Below, piece by piece: positions 57,865 to 64,000 of a stretch of 64,000 nucleotides of DNA. The notes below the pieces were generated by a model. The model had not been told where the DNA came from. It saw only the letters and a program-made list of their open reading frames with translations, and made no database searches. This DNA comes from an uncultured Spirochaetota bacterium (lineage in GTDB: Bacteria; Spirochaetota; Spirochaetia; SZUA-6; Fen-1364), in contig CAWJSK010000012.1 of NCBI GenBank assembly GCA_963845535.1, forward strand, positions 256,001 through 320,000, in the 5' to 3' direction. How positions within the stretch are numbered: the stretch's first letter is position 1; every line of letters begins with the position of its first letter. A program made the position numbers and the translations under genes.

Positions 57865-59981
57865 GCAGCGCAGAAAATCCGGTGACAACCACCTCAGATC
57901 TCAGCTTTGACGCCGAATCCGGCATCTCGAAGGAAGACCAGAAGGACATCCTGCAGGCCATCGAGAACGTGGTGACGCAGAACAAGATCGCCACCACTCC
58001 TGAAGACTTTGTCGTGAAGGCGGCAAAGCGCGGCGTCCTTTTCCCCTCACTGGTCATTGCCGCGGCGGCCCTGGCCCTCGTTGTGGGCGGAGCGGCGTTC
58101 TACTTCCTGTTCCAGAGGGGTGAGACGCAGATCACCCGCGGCACCCTGGGCACCATCACCGCGGAAGGTCAGCTCATCCAGGCCGTCCGGCAGGAAGCCA
58201 GCGCGCGCCTCCAGGAAAAAAACCAGGAGATCAACTCCATCCAGGGCCGGCTTGCGGACATCGACAAACAGCGCCAGGACCTGCAGTCCAACATGGACAC
58301 CAAAGTCAGCCAGAGGGAGCAGGAGCTGCGCGCCCAGATGGCTTCCGCGCTCGCCGCGGAGAAGTCGCGCCTGGAGGCGGAAGGACTCTCCCGGCAGGCT
58401 GTTGCGCTCAGAATGCAGGAGCTGGAGAAGCAGAGAAGCGGGCAGCTCGAACGGCAGATGGAGGCTTACCGCAAAGAGGCGGACGTTGAACGGGCCCTTG
58501 CGGAAAAGAACCTTGCAACCCTGCAGCAGAACTACGAGGCAAACCTCGCGCAGGCAAACACGGAAAGACAGCAGGTCATGGCTGAAGCGCAGAAGCGGGA
58601 GGCGGACCTGAAGGGACAGTTCTCCCAGAAGACGCAGACGCTGGAGTCCGCCAAAGCGCGCGCGGAACAGCAGCTTGCGGCCATTTCGGCGCAGCGTGAG
58701 AAAGAGGACCTTGTGACCGGCCAGCTCACGGGGCTGTACGGCGTGGTGAGCGACCATATTGCCCAACATGAATACGACAAGGCCCTGGACGGCTTGAAGT
58801 CCTTGCGGGATTTCGTGAATAGGACCGATATCGCCACGCTTCCTGCAATTGCCAAGCGGCATGATTTCGACGTCTTCGTGATCGACACGCTGACCAGCTA
58901 CGTCCAGGGAGAGATCGACAAGGAAAAAATCGACACGGCAACGCTTCTCCAGGCCGCCAACCAGTTCACCATCCTGCGCCAGCAGGTGGCGGACGCGCAG
59001 ACGCTGTTGAAGGCCGGCAAGACCGCTGAGGCGGAAAAAGCCTACGCGGCGGCCCTCAACCTGATCCCCGAGGTTGCAACGAGCTACGCATATTTCGAGG
59101 GCCGGGACAGGGAAGCGGAGGCCGCAAAGGAAGCGCGGCTCATGCAAGCCCTGGACAACGCGGAAAACGCATTTGCCGCGGGTAACTTCGTTGCCGCGGC
59201 CAATTTCTACAGCGAAGCTTTCTCCTTTATGCCGGTGAACGCTGAACGCATTCAAAAGGCCGTCTCGAATCTGGAGGCCGCGGGGTTCGCCCAGGGCTTG
59301 CGTCGGACCAGCCGGGAGCAGGCTGCGGCGGCGAAGGACCTCCTGAACCAGGCCAACGCCCTCCGAGCTCAGGGGAAGGACGATGATGCGCTGGCCGCCT
59401 ACCTCAACGTGCTCGCCCGGTACCCTTTGGCTGATCAATCGAAGGACGCAATTTCGGGCATCCAGGCAACGGTCAAGGACATCAGTGAAAACGCCGGCGC
59501 CACCAACAACGCTCAGCGGACCACGCTCGGCGGTCAGATCGCGTCCCTGCAGAAGGACCTCACCGCGCGGCGCGGGGACATCGCTGATCTCCGGCAGCGC
59601 GTGCAGGAAATGCAGGACCGTTTTGCCGCCCTGGACAAATCCTACCGGGACTATGTCAGCCAGGAGGAGCCCGTGCTCAAGGCGAAGGGTGACGCGGGGT
59701 TGATGGACACCAAACCGTATTTCGATGCGTTCTTTCGCTCGACGGCCATTCAGGGCCAGTTCCCCGGCATCTCTGACAGGGTCAAACGATACGACATGGG
59801 CTTCCAGTCAGCAGGCAGATCGGACGCCATCCAGGATGCAATCACGGTGATGGTCAACTATTCACGCCAGCGCACGCCCGACTTGAAGCGCGAGTACATC
59901 CAGTCCGAGCTGAAAGCGTATGCCAGGGATCCGGATATGACCGAGCTCCTCAAGGAGATGGACCAGAGGCTGGGAAAGTAG
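57861..59981 (+). CDS. single-pass membrane protein with long coiled coil and TPR-like repeats
   Basis: TM LFPSLVIAAAALALVVGGAAFYFLF, Q/E/A-rich heptads, TPR-like A..AY..AL segments; ATGA overlap with the cyclase. Confidence 0.7.
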   Translation: MSSAENPVTTTSDLSFDAESGISKEDQKDILQAIENVVTQNKIATTPEDFVVKAAKRGVLFPSLVIAAAALALVVGGAAFYFLFQRGETQITRGTLGTITAEGQLIQAVRQEASARLQEKNQEINSIQGRLADIDKQRQDLQSNMDTKVSQREQELRAQMASALAAEKSRLEAEGLSRQAVALRMQELEKQRSGQLERQMEAYRKEADVERALAEKNLATLQQNYEANLAQANTERQQVMAEAQKREADLKGQFSQKTQTLESAKARAEQQLAAISAQREKEDLVTGQLTGLYGVVSDHIAQHEYDKALDGLKSLRDFVNRTDIATLPAIAKRHDFDVFVIDTLTSYVQGEIDKEKIDTATLLQAANQFTILRQQVADAQTLLKAGKTAEAEKAYAAALNLIPEVATSYAYFEGRDREAEAAKEARLMQALDNAENAFAAGNFVAAANFYSEAFSFMPVNAERIQKAVSNLEAAGFAQGLRRTSREQAAAAKDLLNQANALRAQGKDDDALAAYLNVLARYPLADQSKDAISGIQATVKDISENAGATNNAQRTTLGGQIASLQKDLTARRGDIADLRQRVQEMQDRFAALDKSYRDYVSQEEPVLKAKGDAGLMDTKPYFDAFFRSTAIQGQFPGISDRVKRYDMGFQSAGRSDAIQDAITVMVNYSRQRTPDLKREYIQSELKAYARDPDMTELLKEMDQRLGK

Positions 59982-60015
59982 CCGGAGGGCGCGAGCGCCG
60001 CCCCTCCGTTCCCGT

Positions 60016-61077
60016 CTATTTGCCCAGATCGCGCATTGAGGAAGTGGGAATTGCGTACACGTTGAATGCCCAGTCATTGTGCTGAAGGCTTAGGGGCAGG
60101 GAAAAGAAGACGTACGGAGTGGAGCCGATATACTCTTCATAGCAGAACTGAAGACCGTTCAGGGGCTTGGAAAACTGTTGTGAACCGGTTGAGTCATAGA
60201 GGCGGAGCGTCCCATCCTGAGTTGAAAGAAGATCACCAGTGGTCAGGACGGCGTCAATACGGTTTGCGACGCCTGGCAGGGTTTGCGCAGTCGAACTACC
60301 CGTCGTAAATTGATAGCACGACCACTCCCCATTATAGGGATAGCTCCAATAGCCGATCGTCTGTGCGAGATTCATGAAATACATGACGCGTACAAACGCG
60401 CCGGCGCTGCTACCCTCAGGTCCAAGGGAAAGGTTTAGAAAACTTAGATTTGTGACGTTCGTGAAGGCGCCTGTAGTGGAGCTCATGGTGTCAACTGCGT
60501 TGGTGTAGTATGAGGCTTGATAGTCAAAAACATTGAAAATCTCCGCCGCGCCCGCCTGAGGCATCATTTGGACTCCGTCGGGAGGATAACTCAACACCTG
60601 AGCGGTGAGAGTGTTGGGAAGCGAACCATTCGGGAGCGGAACGGCAAAGTACCAGTATTGGCTAGTTGCAACGTTCAGCACGACCAGATTTGCCGTCGAC
60701 GTCGTGGTCACAACATCGTATTCGTAATATGGATAGTTCGGATCAGTTCCGGCGAGGGAATTCGGCATTGGTTGGCTGCCGGAAGTGGATGCCGCTCCGC
60801 TGCCTGTCGAGTACGCAAATCTGAGGAACTCTGTGTTCCCTTTGTCGGAAACGAGAAAGCCGGACTGGATGCTCGCGTCCCCAATCGAAGTTGCCGTGGG
60901 CTTTGTGGGGTAGAATCTCAGGTTTGTTTCGCTCGTGTCGATATTGATGGCCCCCACTGTCCCGACCATCGTCATGTGACCCGTCAATCCGGCCGGCCTG
61001 TTGAGGTCTTCAAGAAAAGCGGGAGCACAGGCTGTTGCCGCAATCAATACAAGCCCGCACAGGACGAACCACTTCAT
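60016..61077 (-). CDS. putative lipoprotein, S/T-rich and beta-rich, function unknown
   Basis: MKWFVLCGLVLIAATA-C lipobox; ATGA overlap with the upstream gene; AT-richer DNA. Confidence 0.65.
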   Translation of the reverse strand: MKWFVLCGLVLIAATACAPAFLEDLNRPAGLTGHMTMVGTVGAINIDTSETNLRFYPTKPTATSIGDASIQSGFLVSDKGNTEFLRFAYSTGSGAASTSGSQPMPNSLAGTDPNYPYYEYDVVTTTSTANLVVLNVATSQYWYFAVPLPNGSLPNTLTAQVLSYPPDGVQMMPQAGAAEIFNVFDYQASYYTNAVDTMSSTTGAFTNVTNLSFLNLSLGPEGSSAGAFVRVMYFMNLAQTIGYWSYPYNGEWSCYQFTTGSSTAQTLPGVANRIDAVLTTGDLLSTQDGTLRLYDSTGSQQFSKPLNGLQFCYEEYIGSTPYVFFSLPLSLQHNDWAFNVYAIPTSSMRDLGK

Positions 61078-62333
61078 AGGACCCACCTCAGCCCGACACG
61101 AACCTCGAACAGGTCGAGTGCAAACAATGGAGGGATAGTGATGTACGGGAACGTGCCATTACTCTGGCCGTTGCCGTTGCTGCCGAATGAGGCCAGGAAA
61201 AGCGCCGGCAGGGGTGTGTAATAGGCCGTGGGGGTAAGCTCGGCGAATGCGCGCACCGGCCCGAAGAGCGGAAAGTCGGTTCCGGCAGCGAGTCGCACGG
61301 CAAACGGAAGCAAGTTGTCCACGACGAGCGCTCCGCCTCCAGGCCAGGAAAACCTGACGAGCGCACCGGCGCCGAAGTACCACCGCATCGCGTTGTCCTC
61401 AGGGCTTACGTAGAGCCCGAGGAGAAAGCCAAGCTGGGAAAGCGGCAGGCTTGTAAATATCTGGTTCTGGTTGACCGCGACTCCGGCCCTGAACGTCGTG
61501 TACTCCAGTCTGCCAAAGAAAGGCATGGACGGTATGGAGAAGTTTGCGGAGATCCCGGGGAAGAATCCGTTCTGGAACGCCGCATCCAGCTTCAACCATG
61601 GCGAACGTACCTGTTGCAGGGGAATCTCCGCCTGCCCGTCAAGGTAAAAGTTCAACTTGTTCGGGACATACCCGAACGCCGTGGCGCGCAGGGAGTACGA
61701 AGCCGGGGAAGGGAGGTCGATGGTTGCCGCTCCGTTAGGGCCTACAAAGAGCGGTTTGGGCGAAAGCCCGGTAATGGTTGTGCCAGGAACGGCTTTGATT
61801 GTGAGCGTCACAGGCGCCGGAGGCCCGCGGGTGTAGGCACGAGAAATCAGCGGCGGGTACTTTTTCACTACCTGTGGGATTACATCGTCCCATCTCTCCC
61901 CGTAGACGTCCAGCATGGAGAACGCTTCGTGTCGGGACACTGAGAAGTCCAGGGTCTTGATGTTGTACAGGAGGTCATAGGAGACCACTTGCAATGTCGG
62001 CGAGCCCTTGCCTGAAACCTTCACCACGAGCCAGCAATCAGCCCCCGCCTCTCTGGCGGCCTTGTTCCTGTCTTCCGTGGAGGAAGGAAAAGACTTCAGC
62101 GAGTAGTCGATGGGGACGGGAGCGTCATCCGCGTCGCTCAGCGCGGTGAGGAATGACCGCTTGAGGATGATCATCTCGTTGTCTGAATAGGAGAAAAGCC
62201 CGCCCTTCTCCATGACAAACAGGATTCGGCGAGGGGCTTCCTCAGCCGCGGCCTGCGCCTTTTCTTGGGCAAAGAGCGTTCCATGCAGGGAAAGGAGCAA
62301 AACGGTCAACAGGCACGCCAGCGGCCTTTTCAT
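61074..62333 (-). CDS. putative outer-membrane protein: signal peptide, alpha/beta domain, PEGA-like domain, C-terminal beta-barrel
   Basis: signal peptide ..TLFA-Q; AAREAGADCWLVV; SYSLRATAFGY; alternating hydrophobic strands ending EVRVGLRWVL. Confidence 0.6.
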   Translation of the reverse strand: MKRPLACLLTVLLLSLHGTLFAQEKAQAAAEEAPRRILFVMEKGGLFSYSDNEMIILKRSFLTALSDADDAPVPIDYSLKSFPSSTEDRNKAAREAGADCWLVVKVSGKGSPTLQVVSYDLLYNIKTLDFSVSRHEAFSMLDVYGERWDDVIPQVVKKYPPLISRAYTRGPPAPVTLTIKAVPGTTITGLSPKPLFVGPNGAATIDLPSPASYSLRATAFGYVPNKLNFYLDGQAEIPLQQVRSPWLKLDAAFQNGFFPGISANFSIPSMPFFGRLEYTTFRAGVAVNQNQIFTSLPLSQLGFLLGLYVSPEDNAMRWYFGAGALVRFSWPGGGALVVDNLLPFAVRLAAGTDFPLFGPVRAFAELTPTAYYTPLPALFLASFGSNGNGQSNGTFPYITIPPLFALDLFEVRVGLRWVL

Positions 62334-62337
62334 CTTC

Positions 62338-63318
62338 CTACCACCACGCCCCGTACTTTGTCAGAACCCGTGACATTGTATCAAACCCATAGAAAGAGCT
62401 GCCCCCAGACCGATAGGCAAACCGGACATTCTTGGGATCTGTTGAGGAGTGAAAGCTGGCTTGGGTGGAGCCGTCTGACGGGTTGATCTTTACGAAACTG
62501 GCGGCGTTCGAGTCATAGGCAAATATGCTTCCGCTGGCAAAGCCTAAGCTTTCCAGCTCCAGGTTGTCCCGCGAGGGCGAAGAGTCCAGGATATTAGCCG
62601 TTATGGTAAAGCCTGGCTTCGCCGCGGAAAAGAAATACACGTTGCCGACTTCATTATTGCCCGGAAAGCCCACGACGAAATATGCGTACCCCGACGGGTT
62701 GCCGTCATCAAGAACCGCGAAAAGCTGCAGGCCGGTGAGAGTTGAAGACAATGTAAAGTTTCCGATGGTTTTGGCAGCCCAGGGAAACCCTGCTGCGTAC
62801 GCCGCATCACCCATCGTGTATGAATTCACGGTAAAATCACAATAGTTTGTCGACGCGCCCACAAAACCATCGCTCCCTGCTTGATTGGCGCTCAGATTGA
62901 CGTCGCTGTTTGACGTGGAGAGAATCGAGAGATCCGCCGCGCTAAGGATGAGTTGCCCCAAGGCGATATTACCGCTTGCATCCGCCATGACACCGTCGCC
63001 GGCCAGGCCTGTGGCGGCAGTAAATGTCGCCTTCTTGTTCAGGTCCAGGTCGTAGAAGAATGCCTCCGGACCGGACGGCGGATTGCCCGTCACCACTACA
63101 TACCCGTAGCCACCTGCCTCAACGACCCTGATCTGGAAGGCGCTTCCATTATTCGAGGAGATCAGGCCGGAAAGATCCGCCTGCGCTTTTGCCAGCACGG
63201 TGGTTTCTGGAAAGACGGACCCGAAAACAAAGGTGAGGACGCCGCACGAGCCCAGGGACAGTACAGCAGCGAGCGCAAGAGCGGCCCGCAGCAATCCGGC
63301 AATCCGAGCAGGCCTCAT
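62338..63318 (-). CDS. putative lipoprotein, beta-propeller-like, function unknown
   Basis: MRPARIAGLLRAALALAAVLSLGS-C lipobox; repeated short strands (FFYDLD, IFAYDS, FYGFDT); ATGA overlap with the upstream gene. Confidence 0.65.
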   Translation of the reverse strand: MRPARIAGLLRAALALAAVLSLGSCGVLTFVFGSVFPETTVLAKAQADLSGLISSNNGSAFQIRVVEAGGYGYVVVTGNPPSGPEAFFYDLDLNKKATFTAATGLAGDGVMADASGNIALGQLILSAADLSILSTSNSDVNLSANQAGSDGFVGASTNYCDFTVNSYTMGDAAYAAGFPWAAKTIGNFTLSSTLTGLQLFAVLDDGNPSGYAYFVVGFPGNNEVGNVYFFSAAKPGFTITANILDSSPSRDNLELESLGFASGSIFAYDSNAASFVKINPSDGSTQASFHSSTDPKNVRFAYRSGGSSFYGFDTMSRVLTKYGAWW

Positions 63319-64000
63319 TTCCATGGGATCACGACTCCCAGCGTTATGGGAGGCAAAAGCTGGTTCCAGAGCAGCGGGCCCTGATTTCCTCCCAGGAGGT
63401 TGTTTCCGACCCCTAATGGAAGCTTCACTTCGATCCGTGCAAACATCGGGAGCCCCCACGTGCGCCACTCCGACCAGAGGCTGAGGATGTTTATGTATAC
63501 GTCAGTGAAAATCGGCAGGGTTGTTCCCGGAATCCACGTAAAGATGGTGCCCATCCCGGCCGAGATCCCGAATCTGAATGCCGCCTCGGGCGGACGGAAG
63601 AGGTAAAGACCCGCCAGCAGCTCCGAGTCAGCATGGATGGGCCAGCTTGCGTTGGGCACGAACGGAATCTGCGTGTACAGGTACTCTGAGAAGTTGACCA
63701 TAACCCAGTCAGGCTTGGGGTACCAGCGAAGCGTGGCTCCCGCCCCTTCAAGCTGGCCGCCTGTCCAATCGATCTCCACGGACAGGTTGTTTGCGCGGGG
63801 CAGGCCCGTCAGCGCCACCTCAGGAGAGGCAATCACTGTTTGCTGGAGCGTATGGTATCCGTCCTGGCGCTTTTCCACCATGAAAGGCGTCCCTGCTTTC
63901 ATGCCGTCCGTCTCAAAGACCAGGGTCCCTTTCTGGATGCGGCCAACGCTTTTATGGCCTTCGATGAGGACCTCCATGCCGTTCTGCGGGGAGGTGAAGG
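63315..64000 (-). CDS. paralogous PEGA-like + beta-barrel outer-membrane protein (5' end outside window)
   Basis: frame open to the window edge (FTSPQNGMEVLIEG..VEKRQDGY); LLAGLYLFRPPEAAFRFGISAG parallels FLLGLYVSPEDNAMRWYFGAG in 61074..62333. Confidence 0.6.
   Translation of the reverse strand, partial: FTSPQNGMEVLIEGHKSVGRIQKGTLVFETDGMKAGTPFMVEKRQDGYHTLQQTVIASPEVALTGLPRANNLSVEIDWTGGQLEGAGATLRWYPKPDWVMVNFSEYLYTQIPFVPNASWPIHADSELLAGLYLFRPPEAAFRFGISAGMGTIFTWIPGTTLPIFTDVYINILSLWSEWRTWGLPMFARIEVKLPLGVGNNLLGGNQGPLLWNQLLPPITLGVVIPWK

Overview
High-GC bacterial chromosomal segment, most likely from a free-living spirochaete (Spirochaetota; inferred from a PilZN3/PlzA-like protein, a eukaryote-type hexokinase and the cyclase/coiled-coil pair). 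About 55 genes are densely packed. They include cyclic-nucleotide signalling (GAF/HD-GYP, PlzA-like, two class III cyclases), an ALDH-SCP2-FeADH-SCP2 operon, a protease-MoxR-DUF58-VWA operon, recQ, pfkB, a NuoE/NuoF/GltD-fusion complex resembling Sporomusa-type transhydrogenase StnABC, a full suf operon with an IscR-type box, pdhABC without E3, Mn-SOD, rpmB, a hexokinase-rhaA-aldolase/SDR cluster, arfB, a two-component system, mgtA coupled to a PTS EIIA protein, a VapBC-type TA pair and a beta-oxidation cluster. The right end holds a lower-GC tandem array of [PEGA/beta-barrel protein + lipoprotein] pairs. About a dozen single-base frameshifts in conserved genes look like long-read indel errors. 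No rRNA, tRNA, CRISPR array or transposase was recognised. The most notable signals are the barrel/lipoprotein modules, the Stn-like complex, and a repeated -35/17/-10 promoter placed only 6-9 nt before start codons, which suggests leaderless mRNAs. All product calls come from motif recognition; no database search was run.
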